Assembly (NCBI RefSeq): GCF_006345805.1
Contig: NC_043003.1
Span: 42,408,001-42,472,000 of the forward strand
Length of the DNA stretch: 64,000 bases
Direction of reading: 5' to 3'
DNA from: Octopus sinensis
Lineage: Eukaryota
Shown: positions 53,030 through 64,000 of the stretch, piece by piece
How the letters are laid out: every line of letters starts with the position of its first letter
How positions within the stretch are numbered: position 1 is the first letter of the stretch
Notes under the pieces: model-generated
Database searches by the model: none
Told to the model about the DNA's origin: nothing
Seen by the model: only the letters and a program-made list of their open reading frames with translations
Position numbers and translations under genes: made by a program

Positions 53030-53405
53030 CTTCAGCGAATGCAGAGGTATTGTTTTCAGTCGTGTTTTGTTTGATTGTTTATTTGTTTATCCATAAACAA
53101 GATATCTCAAGAACTACTGGATGAATTCGGATGAAACTTTCAGGGATGTTTGGCCACGTGACTGGCACGAAGTGATTAGATTTTGGGATCAATTCGGTAC
53201 CGGGCAAGGATTCTGGATTATTCCCCCCCCCCCACCTTTTTTTTTTACTTAACTTTTGAGAGCGGCTGGGTTCACTTTTAGTATTCTTGTTTGTGAGAGC
53301 AGTCGATTTTATTTCAGATATTCTTATTTTAGAAATCATATCCAGCTAATCGTTGAGAGGGTGTTGGTGTTGCCTTGGCGAAAGTTTGCACTTTGGGTGA
53401 TCTTA
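53030..53405 (+). mobile_element. Helentron-associated non-autonomous element, second copy
   Basis: ttatctccgcttcagcgaatgcagagg...ggatgaaactttcagggatgtttggcc...tgccttggcgaaag; homologous to 17030-17400. Confidence 0.55.
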
Positions 53406-53414
53406 TTTTCTTTT

Positions 53415-54365
53415 TATCACAGGTTTTGTTGGATCACCTACAGCCTACGTTACCTTGCTATCCGTTCTTTTCAGCTATCTAATAATCTACTAATTATTCC
53501 GGCTGTGCCAAAGAGGCAAATCTTTTGTAACATTTCTACTGGACACTCTATCCCAACTTCTTTTACATTCCTCTTAATGCTTTTTAATACTGTTCCCAAT
53601 AGCTGGCACTATCTTCACCCGCTTCCTTTTCCATAGCCGGGCTATTTTGTACTTTAGATGGTTTTATTTATCTATTTTTTCGCCTTCCTTCTTGACTATT
53701 CGTGGGTCAAAGGGGTACGCAACATCATGTCTGTTAACCACCCTTTTGCTCTTATTGCTCTTGCTTGGTCGTTTAACCGTTGCTCACTTATTTCGAAGAG
53801 TCTTCATTCCATTTTGCTTTCATGCTTTGTCGGAATCCCCTTCAACTGTGTTCACTTCTGATACAGCATTCAATTACCGCTCTTTTGAGCCCTTATCCCA
53901 CCTTCATCTCTACCTCTGGTTTTGTGTATAAGCAGTCTCTAGATAACAACCGGGCCTGAGCTGCGTAACCACAGGGCACCTGCCGGGTGAAAGACTTTCA
54001 CCTTTGGTTCCATCTTCATCAACACCGTTATCTGATACATTTGTATTAGTCACTTTCACTCAACAGTCAGGTTTGTGTTTTAAGGTTAGCCACCAACCGG
54101 CATTTTTATCGAGACACCATTTCTTGTAAGATTGTCAACCAAGGCTGCAGAGCTCTTACTATCCATTTGCTAGGCATGTTCCCTTCGCATTTCTGTGCGT
54201 TGGAGACCGTAATCATGATTATCACTAGGAGGTGAACATCCCGTATTTTCATCCAAATATTGTTCCGGAGTTAAGTCCCGATTCGCAGTTCATTCGCCTT
54301 CTTCCAAGGCATGGAGCTGTTGGACACTGATAGGTGTCACCACTGTGACTAAGGAGTCCTATCTA
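53415..54365 (-). mobile_element. Internally deleted R4/Dong-like element (5' region fused to RLE C-terminus)
   Basis: CYIRSE..RGFRQSMKAKW..QRLNDQARAIRAKGWLT joined at ~53725 to DVAYPFDPRIVKKEGEKIDK..IARLW..VEMLQKICLFGTA. Confidence 0.7.
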
Positions 54366-54409
54366 CACCAATTATGATTATGATTATGATTATGATTATT
54401 ATTATTATT

Positions 54410-55120
54410 AATGCGCATAATTTTTGATTTGTCGCGGTTGACTTTCCTAGTTTGGCAGCTATTGCTTCTAATTTTGACGTTTTATTTTACATTTGGTTAT
54501 GTTTGTGCAAGTAGCGCTATATCATCTGCAAAGTCGAGATCTTCTAGAGCTTCCGCATCCGTCCATTCAATGCCTGTTTAGCTTTCAATCATAGATTCCT
54601 TCATAATCTAATCTATAACTAGTAGAAATAAAAAGGGAGAAAGTATACAGCCCTGTCGAACTCCTGTTTTTACTTCGAATTTATCCGTCGCTCCATTTCC
54701 ATGCAAGACTTGATATGACATTCCTTGGTAAGTTGCTCTTATTATAGATATGTACTTGTCTGGTATGCCGTAGTGCTGCATAATTTTCCATAAGCCTTCC
54801 CTATTTAAGCAATATTGAGCTATGGCAAAGAACAAACGAAGTTTCGATTAGGGAGCAAATATTTAAGAAAAAATGGAAGTGGATTGGTAGCACAATTAGA
54901 AAAGACACACCAAATGTAGCGAAAAGTGCTTTACAGTGGAAACCGGATGGATATAGAAAGAAAGGTAGGTCTAAGAACACGTGGCGGAGATCAACACAAA
55001 AGGAACTAGAGAAAGGGGGACATTCATGGCAGAGTATAAGTACAGAAGCCAAAATTTATGCGGCATGGAATTTAACTATAAGTGGACTATACTCCGTTTT
55101 GGAGGGTTAAAACATAAAGA
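54410..55120. mobile_element. RTE-clade LINE with 5' inversion (inverted part 54410-54810 on -, direct 3' part 54808-55120 on +)
   Basis: Minus: LWKIMQHYGIP..GVRQGCILSPFLF..LDFADD..KVNRDKSKIMR. Plus: ELWQRTNE..KWKWIG..ALQWKPDGYRKKGRSKNTW. Confidence 0.8.
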
Positions 55121-55164
55121 AGAAGTATAAATTATTATTATTACTATTATTATTATTATTATTA

Positions 55165-55201
<37 letters not shown>

Positions 55202-56690
55202 TTAGCACAAGGCTACAAATTTTGAGGGGAGGGTGAAGTTGATTATATCGACCATAGTAATTAACTAGTACTTTATTTTATCGACATGGAAAGGGTTAAA
55301 AATAAAGCAAAGCCTGCTTGCACTACGTTTGAACTCGGAAGTGAAATGCAAATAAAATAAAAAACCGCAACGGAAGAGATGAAATGACGATGAATATTCA
55401 AAATGGATTATGCACAAAATGCGAAATAGTAACTGACCTAATCGAAACCGTGCAATCTGAGTACCGAGTAAACCGAGGTACAACTAGCTAATATATATGT
55501 GTATGTATATGTGTATGTACATGCATACAGGTATAGTGGCCTGTTGGAGATTCCTCGACGTATTGTCGGCACCTCAATGCAAACGCTGCTTCGTATATTC
55601 CCTGAAGCTCGATTAATCCGTCCTTTCTCACATATCTAAACACATGAAATCTGCTTACCACACCAATATAAATAGATTATCGGCCATTTTATGAAATATT
55701 ATTCGCAACAATAACATCAACTTTTATATTACATTTATAGCAAACATTAACAACATCAACTACAACGTTATTGACAACACAACAACATTATCATCAATAA
55801 AGCAACACTAACAACAATGCTATAAAAAGAAATAAATAGAGAATATGAACAACAGAATAAAGCAACTTCACTATCGTTACTACTATAACACACCCACCAA
55901 CAACGTCTGTAATAACATCAGCAAATAAACAATAAGAAACACAGAAATAAAAAATACATTAACTACCGTAAGAACAATCATAACATCAAGAGTATCAACT
56001 ATGAACAACAACAATAACAACTACAATAACATCAAAAATAACGACGGTAAGAGCAACAATAAGAACATCGACAGCGTTGACTTCAAGGAATTTCCACGCG
56101 GTTGCTTGATTTCCGTGTATTAGAAACCAACTCTCCCCCAGATCATATCACATTGTCTTAAAAGGGGGGATAGGACACAATCGATAACGTAATCCTGCAT
56201 GCAACCTGCAAAAAAAAAACAAAAAAACAAAAGAAAACAAAATACTATTAAATACTCTGACATCTGAGACAACAACGGTAATAACAGCAACAATACTAAC
56301 ACAAATAATAACAGTAAACTCCATCAATGTTCATAAAACATCTACATCATAGATTATTACATCAGTTCTGCCTGCACCCTAAATATTTCCGAATCGAATT
56401 ACAACAATCTATCAGGAACACAAAATGGCGCACTTTGTACCATCACATGATGTCCACAGTCACAGGTGACGTCCATAGATGATTTACATAAAAAACATCA
56501 GACACCATAAAATTAACAATCCGTAGGATATGTGAAAGGAACACTTTGTTGGTTCTTGATATGCAATTTATTCACCAAAATACTAGCAAAAGCTATAGAT
56601 GCATTGCACCCTGGTGTGTCAGTATAACTTTGGGAATTTGGGTTTTCAACTCTGTTGCACATGAAAACGAAGCAACAAAGTAGATTATAG

Positions 56691-56960
56691 TGCAGTTCTA
56701 TATTTAAGAGATGAGGAATTATGTACATTATTTACATTCGACGGATATTTGTCCTCATCTTGTTTGTTGTTAACACGTTTCGGCTGATGTACCCTCCAGC
56801 CTTCTTCAGGTGTCTTGGGGAAATTTCGAACCTGATTTCTCATTCCTAAGGTATTTTTCGATGTTATTATTAATATTATTATTATTATTGTTTAGGTCAT
56901 TGCTTGGAATCGAACTCGGATTCCTGGGGTTAGTAGGCCGCGATCTTAATCACTACGCCA
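56691..56960 (-). mobile_element. tRNA-hammerhead SINE, reverse copy
   Basis: Reverse complement of 18552-18845. Hammerhead at 56772-56814 has a CTGAAGA core and a short deletion after GAAAC. Confidence 0.85.
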
Positions 56961-56961
56961 C

Positions 56962-57230
56962 GGGCATATGGCGTAGTGGTTAAGAGCGTAGGATACTAAC
57001 CCCAAGATTCCGAGTTCGATTCCAAGCAGTGACCTGAACAATAATAACAACAACAATAATAATAATTATTATAATAATAATAGCATCGAAAATTACCTTA
57101 GGAATAAGAACCCAGGTTCGTAATTTCCACAAGACATATGAAGAAGGTTGGAGGGTATATCAGCCGAAACGCTGTGTTATCAACAAGCACGATGAGGACA
57201 AATATCCGTCGAATGCAAATAATGTAGATT
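56962..57230 (+). mobile_element. tRNA-hammerhead SINE, forward copy, head-to-head with the previous one
   Basis: gggcatatggcgtagtggttaagagcg...; hammerhead core eroded (ATGAAGA, GCT). Confidence 0.85.
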
Positions 57231-57747
57231 ATAGTAACTTGCTATAAATAATTCAAGTGATTAAGCAACGGAATTCTTACATTCTCTCAATTGCCTGTAG
57301 TTCATGGTCACAACAGAAAAAATGGGAAAAGGTGTTGGCCCGGAGTACGGTGTGGGAAATGCACAGGAACAGCCAATCTGACTCACAGGGCTCGCACTTA
57401 CGGATAGAGTCACACGTCGTAGAATGAAACACAAAAATTACCTTCTTTGTATTCTTTGAGGCACTCCTCTTTCTATCCAAAAATTGGCAAAGGAAGAAAA
57501 AAAAACAACAAACAATTAATAGCAAGTTGCTCATTGATTGCATTCTTCATCGAAATATAATGAATTACATAAAAATTCCTTCTTTTGAAGTTTTGTCCAT
57601 TGCAATATGCTTTAGTAACTTTACCTTGTTGAGTAATTAGTTACGAATATTTCGAAATTAAAAAAATATGCTTCACACGCACATTTAAGCGGCTGCAACA
57701 AAGAAGAAAAAACTTCTACCACTACTTGTAGTAAACACCACCACCAT

Positions 57748-57778
<31 letters not shown>

Positions 57779-57965
57779 GCTGCTGACATGGGGCGACAAA
57801 TATCAAAAGGTTTCTAGGTGTTTAGAGAAGTTGTGATATTTCTTAGAAATGAATACTTAAGTTTCAAAAGGAAATTAAAAAAAAACATGTCGAAATTAAA
57901 TTATAAGATTTTGTATTATCAATGGGCAGAAACAGGACTGACGATGCACCAAGGCGCAATATATA

Positions 57966-58425
57966 TTGGGTCATCCCATAATTAATACGGTATTTTCAAT
58001 AGCATGTACTAAAAGTCGGAGGGGGACGTGGTAAACTACCTGCTTCAACTTGCTATAAAGTAAATAGTAATTTTACCTTGATCTCCCATCAAAATAATGC
58101 TCGGCCACATACAGCGAGGATGACATTCCAAAGGCTGGAGCAGTTTGAAGGGGAAACGATGTCCCACCCACCATATTCGCTGAACATTGCCCGATTTGAT
58201 TATTATTTATTTTGCAGTCTTCAAAATCATTTGGACGGAAAAAAATATGAATTCTGCAGACAAGTGAACTTTGGAAGAGAGGCTTTGCAAGTCTACCAGA
58301 TTGATAGAAGAGCAGTGTAGAAAATGAACGAGAGTATATTTTAGATTTAAAAAGAACTTTGTTTATCATAATTTTGAAAAATAAAAGAAGTATAAAAAAA
58401 ACGCATTATTTATGGGATGACCCAA
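57966..58425 (+). mobile_element. Internally deleted mariner transposon with TIRs and TA duplication
   Basis: TA|TTGGGTCATCCCATAA ... TTATGGGATGACCCAA|TA; transposase remnant HQNNARPHTA..HPPYSLNIARFDYYLFCSLQN. Confidence 0.88.
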
Positions 58426-58514
58426 TATATTTCATTACATAAGTTCTCGACTTGTTAGGTAATTTCTATAAAATATTAATATGATTAGCACTAGTCCACG
58501 AAAATACTGAGTGT

Positions 58515-58768
58515 AGAGGCACATGGCCTAGTGGTTAGAGCAGCGGACTCACGGTCGAGGGTTCGAATCTCAGACCGGGCGATGTGTGTGTTTATGAGCG
58601 AAACACCTAAGCTCCACGCAAACCTCTGCTGATTCTTTTGCCACAACTTTCTCTCACTCTTTCCTCTTGCAGCTCACCTGCGACGGACCGGCGTCCCGTC
58701 CAGGTGGGGAACCTATACGCCGGGAAACCGGCCCTTATGAGCCAGGCATGGCTCGAGAAGGAACAAAA
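58515..58768 (+). mobile_element. SINE family C
   Basis: gaggcacatggcctagtggttagagcagcggactc..cctgcgacggaccggcgtcccgtccag. Confidence 0.8.
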
Positions 58769-59689
58769 TACTGAGTGCGACAAAAACAAACTTATATTCA
58801 CCACTCTTGATAAACGCTTGAACAATCGAGCGATGTGCGTCGGTCAAACTAGAATAGCAACCTAAATTAAAAACACACAAAGAAAGAACAATAATAATTT
58901 TAAAACCGGTAAAAGAGTAACTAGCATGGTTTGGTCTGGCCACGGTGTGCACCTGATATTGAAACATTTATAAAAGAATGGTGAATGTGACATCTTTTCT
59001 TTTTTGCCACACTTAGCATTTAAAACTGACGACACAATATGTATTTCACTTCAGATATAGGATAGTATCACGAAATATACCACTGTGCAAAATTAGCTTT
59101 GTTTGATTAAAATAATTTGTTTTTCGTTTAAGCATGGATACAGGGGTTTCTAACTGATAGTCTGTGAAAGGTGATGCTGAGAACCCAAGGTTGAGACAAA
59201 TATGGAAATCCTATGAATACAATAAAGTTACAGCGTTAAAACAAACTCCATTTTCCTTACACCCTTATATAGACGAACACCCAACGCCATGCAGTTCTAT
59301 GATATTGTCATGGAATTTTCCTCGATGACACAAAGGTTGTTTCTTGCTGTCTTTCGTTAGACCACAACCAATTCTAAGAAGATTAAGAATGAAAGAAAAA
59401 AACATGAAAGAAGAAGAAGATGAAGAAGAAGATATTGGACTCAATACTTTGCTGATATTTGTCTCTAAAGTTTTTATAAAGCAAAGTTGACTTCGAAGAG
59501 ATTTGAACGCATACTCAGCCTAACCAAACACTGTATATAACTATAAAAGATGAAAGTATCTACTGTTTAGATTCGTGATCCGAATTTAAACTTCTGCAAT
59601 CATAAAACAACAATCAAAGAAAGAATTTATGTTATTACTTTTAATCATTAAATTCCACACAACAACAAAAATAACGGTTTCAAAATTTA

Positions 59690-60270
59690 GCAGAGAGCCA
59701 ACTATTTCAGGAGCGGGTGAAAGTCAATTGAACCGACGCCCAATGTTCAACAGGTAGCTATTTTATCCATTCCGAAAGAATGAAAGGCAAGGGAGACTTT
59801 GAAATCAGCGGAATTTGAACCCAAAACATAAAGACGAGTGAAATGCCGCTAAGTATTTCGACCGGCATGCTAATGATTCTTATTTCTTTGTTGCCCACAA
59901 GGGGACAAACAAGGACAGGCAAAGGGATTAAGTCGATTACATCGACTTCAGTGCGTAACTGGGACTTAATTTTTCGACCCCGAAAGGATGAAAGGCAAAG
60001 TCGACCTCGGCGGAATTTGAACTCAGAACGTAACGGAATTTGAACTCAGAACTGCTAAGCATTTCGCCCGGTGTGCTAACGATTCTACCAGCTCACCAAC
60101 ATTAATAATGGTTTCAAATTTTAGCACAAGGCCAGCAAGGTCAAAGGAGATGTCTAGTTAATTATATCGACCTTGTGCTCAACTGCGAAAGGAGGAAAGA
60201 CAAAGTTGACATCGGCGGAATTCGAATTCAGAACGTTAAGAATCGGAACAAGTAGTGCAAAGTATTTCTT
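59690..60270 (-). mobile_element. Cluster of three SINE family B copies
   Basis: gaaaggcaa/gacaaag..gacc/atcggcggaatttgaac occurs at ~59780, ~59990 and ~60195. Confidence 0.8.
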
Positions 60271-60899
60271 TCGACGCTCAAAGGAACAGGTAACTAGACC
60301 AAACACATTCTTCTGAATTAGGCGACTCCATTAGCAACACAGTAATTAAGATCTATACAATGCAGATCATTAAATTCATAGTTGTTGACAAAAAATAAAA
60401 TAAAACAGGTATTTTTTCAGAAAATAGTACACCTTCAAATTTTTCTCTCCAAATTCAGAATTTTAAAAATATAATTGGAAAAAAAAAAATTACAAATTCA
60501 CAAATTTGAAAAAAAATACTTAATTTCTACGTAGGTGGAATTTATCCCTTGAGGGTAAATTTATTCCAGCTCGGGAAATTCTACTTTAGATCAAAAATTT
60601 TTTTTACTTTGATCAAATTGTGCGATGTGTGAAATTTCAGGATTCTAGGGAAAAATTTGGGGATTCCAGTGGGAAAATAGCTTTTAAGTTAAAAAAAATT
60701 CTTTATCATGATTCGCATTGATTTCGCTTCATTCATGTTTGCATAATATTGATTTTAAGTATGTTAATGTTAAATTAAGATGTTAAGTAACAAATTGTCT
60801 TGTGTAGAAGATTACTTTTTTCTTATCGCATATGGGGGTAAAATTAGGATGATGAACTGATAAGAAAAAGAGCGATACAGAGAATATATATATCAATAA

Positions 60900-61265
60900 T
60901 AATAAAGGGTAAAATTAATTAATTAATTAATTAATAATTAATAATTTTACCAAGTAGTTCGGTATGTTAAAAGAACCATTATCGGTAAATTTAAACACAT
61001 TTTTTTATAATTATGAGTATAATTAGGTTTCAGCAAAAAATTTTCTTCACCACATACCGAAATTTAGAAATAGCAGTTAAAACTAGTTATTTCTCTACCA
61101 TAAGAAAATCTCCCAGACAACAATACTCAACAATCCACGCAGGCAAAGAGAAAAATAATAACGAGAAATAGTTAGTTTTAACTACTATTTCTAAATTTTG
61201 GTATGTGGTGAAGCAAATTTTTTGCTAAACCTTAATTATAATTATACTCAGAATTATAAAAATTT
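60900..61265. mobile_element. Asymmetric hairpin element related to 11713-12062 and to the start of the 558-bp unit
   Basis: Arms ~61002-61095 and 61163-61262, 67-bp spacer; gggtaaaattaattaattaat..accaagta.tc.gtatg is shared with 21425. Confidence 0.8.
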
Positions 61266-61296
61266 ATATATATATATATGTATATATATATGTATG

Positions 61297-61358
<62 letters not shown>

Positions 61359-61367
61359 TATATAAAA

Positions 61368-61430
61368 CTTATAAACAAGGGCAAAAGAAAATTATTTCTA
61401 TGCCAATTTTCTTTTGCCCTTGTTTATAAG
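61368..61430. repeat. Perfect 26-bp inverted repeat with 11-bp loop
   Basis: cttataaacaagggcaaaagaaaatt / aattttcttttgcccttgtttataag. Confidence 0.9.
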
Positions 61431-61523
61431 TTGTTTATAATTTTAACATTTAAAGGTATTTTAATATGCTGCCACTTTTTCGATGAATTTTTTCGGTAAA
61501 AAAACTTCATCCTATATTAGTAG

Positions 61524-61585
<62 letters not shown>

Positions 61586-62164
61586 GGATGAGTAAAAACC
61601 GTTTCGATAGTCATCTCAGTGCCATATCTTGGCTCCACACAAAGACAATAGCACTGGAGGAGTAACAAAGACAGTAAAACTAAAGAAAATCCTTCAAGAT
61701 GTTGCTCCGAATTGGCAGCCAGATCTCACTCAAACCACACAGCCTAGGAACTGAAATACTTTAAAGGCTCTACTACTAAAAGTGCACAGATCACTTTAAG
61801 TTTCGCGTGGTGTATGCATATTTTTAAACATTTAAGATTTTTAATCGGGAAATGTGTTATAACAGTTTGTCCGAAAATAAATATAGTTTATCAAACCTAG
61901 AGCACCCTTAATCATTGTTTAGCTGGTTCAAGATAGACATGGGTTTAAACATCAACAGGCTGGATTCCCGAAGAGATAGAAACGCTGGACCGGTGTATTG
62001 CCTCACAAGGTGACTATTTTGAAGGAGATGATGTCAAAACTTAGGTATATGAATTAATATTTTATTAAACATTACTAGTTCAGGAACCTTTTCCTATCAC
62101 CTTATGTTTTCTCCATCATGTGGTTCTGGGTACCATCATACTATTTATTGGCATCTTCAGAAAG

Positions 62165-62600
62165 TTTTTCTTTGCCACAGCAGGTATTGCAGTGTGGCTA
62201 AGATGTCCTCTTTGCAACCACGTGATTTCAGGCTCATCGCCACTGCGCGGCACCTTAAGTACGTATCTTCAACTATAATCCCAGGCTGACTTATGAGTGA
62301 ATTTAGTGGACGATAACAGCGTGAACCTCGTCGTATACATACAGACACACACACACAGACACACACACACACGCAGACACACACACACACATAAATGCAT
62401 GTGTGTGTGTGATTATGCGTATATTTGTGTTTGCCCACCCAAAACGGCCTGATAAACAGTGTTGGTTTGTTTATACCCTGTAACGTACCGGTTCAGCAAG
62501 AGAGAACAATAGAATAAGTACCAGCCTTGTTTTGGTAATTTCTTTTTTCTTTTAAATATGAACAAGGATTGATTTGTTCGGCTAAAACATTGAAGGTGTT
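62165..62600 (+). mobile_element. Degenerate SINE family A
   Basis: gcagtgtggctaag..cactgcgcggcaccttaag..agaataagtaccagc..gccccagcatggctacagttc. Confidence 0.65.
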
Positions 62601-62919
62601 GGTGCCCCAGCATGGCTACAGTTCAATAACTGAACCAAAACGAGCATTTATGATAATTTCTTTGTCATAGATATTTGGTAAATGGAAATTGCGTAGAAGC
62701 TCTTGGGATGGACTGTACATGTAACTCATTTAATCAGCCATGTCACATTTCAATGGCTCTCATATAACATGAGAATTATATCAAGTCTATACTCGTCTGA
62801 GGTATATTCAACCACTTACATTGTTATTCAAATAGTTGGCTGTTGAGTTGAGCTGATCTAACAACTGCAGTTTTCACTCACCGTAGAAACCGACGAAAAC
62901 CCATTTACTTTCAAAGCGG

Positions 62920-63262
62920 ATGAGAGAGATAGGGGGGAGAGAGAGAGACAGACAGAAAACATGTTGAAAGAGAGAAAAAAAGGTGCTTCTGTTAATAAAA
63001 AAAAACTGAAGAAATGCAGTCAGAGAGAGAGAGAGAAAGAAAGAGAACAAGAATGTTTGAAAGAGAGAGAGAGAGGGGGGAAGATAGCAGTAAAGGTGAA
63101 AGACAGAAAGAGTGATAGGGGGAGTGAACGCAAAAGTGATAATGGTAGGAGTAATAAAGAAATAGTAAGAGATCTCAGGGAGGGGTAGGATGCAATCTGC
63201 AATGTGTTTTTGTTACAATAAAAAATGTAGCAATGCAGAGAGAGAGAGGGAGAGAGAATGAG

Positions 63263-63293
<31 letters not shown>

Positions 63294-63429
63294 GGAGAGA
63301 AAGAGAGGAGAGATATAGGGAGATCAGAAGCATTATGAATGCTGAGTGCACCCGTTTTGTTGCAATAAAATGCTGCGAGGCAGAGAGAGAAAGAATAAAG
63401 GAATGAGAAAAAAGAAAAAGAAAGAGAGG

Positions 63430-63468
<39 letters not shown>

Positions 63469-63698
63469 GTATGTGTGTGTATGTGTGTGAGCGTGTGTGT
63501 GTGTGTGTATGAGGCAGTGTTAATGAAGATGAGAAAAGAGGTAAGGAGAAAATGAAAGGCTGATAGAGTAAGCGGAATACATAATGCAGTGTGCAGTGTT
63601 GATGCAGTTGCAATAAATTACAGCAGTGCATAGTGTTTGTGTATGGGTGTATGAGTGTGCGTGCGTGTGTGTGCGTGTCCGTGTGTGTGTGTGTGTGT

Positions 63699-63751
<53 letters not shown>

Positions 63752-64000
63752 TGTGTGCGTGTGTGTCTATGAGATGCGGTGTGCACCGAAGGGATGTAGA
63801 TGCGGTATTGCAGTTCTGAATGGAATGAATGCTTGCTTTGCTAAAGTGCAGCACTATAAAGAACGAGAATGAGATGGTGGTGGTGGTGAGAGAGAAAGAG
63901 TGGGTGAATGAGAGAGAGAGGAGAAGAGTAGAGACAGAGAGAGAGAGAAAGGGAGACAGAGGATGAGGGAGAAAATAGTAGATAGAGAAAGAGAGAGAGA
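62920..64000. repeat. (GA)n / (GT)n-rich low-complexity region
   Basis: Long GA and GT tracts. Confidence 0.85.

Noticed and set aside
62870-62920. Minus-strand GTGAGT donor next to a GA-rich region, possible distal first exon
   Set aside because: Single motif only; cannot be linked to any gene from sequence alone.

Overview
AT-rich, microsatellite-dense animal genomic DNA. The repeat families look like those of a coleoid cephalopod (Octopus-like); this is inferred from recalled SINE sequences, not a database search. One host gene is clear: a minus-strand, 2-kb first coding exon (1639-3647) of a heparan sulfate glucosamine 3-O-sulfotransferase of the HS3ST2/3/4/6 (Hs3st-B) type, ending at the conserved WYR phase-2 splice donor. 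Almost all other listed ORFs are microsatellite artefacts. The rest of the window is a mosaic of three tRNA-derived SINE families, R4/Dong and RTE LINE relics, two Penelope-like elements (one nearly intact, RT plus C-terminal GIY-YIG), a mariner derivative, Tigger/hAT-type MITEs and Helentron-type non-autonomous elements. The most striking unexplained structure is a set of at least six apparently unrelated sequence families carrying minimal type I hammerhead ribozyme motifs (12 motifs of varying integrity). These include a 558-bp tandem-plus-inverted array with four hammerheads, a 290-bp-arm hairpin with a canonical GUC hammerhead, a 153-bp unit hairpin, and a tRNA-headed SINE with a hammerhead tail. 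Most sit in (TA)n or (ATT)n microsatellites as fold-back inverted pairs. About ten long inverted repeats occur in 64 kb. Ribozyme folds were derived by eye; activity is untested.
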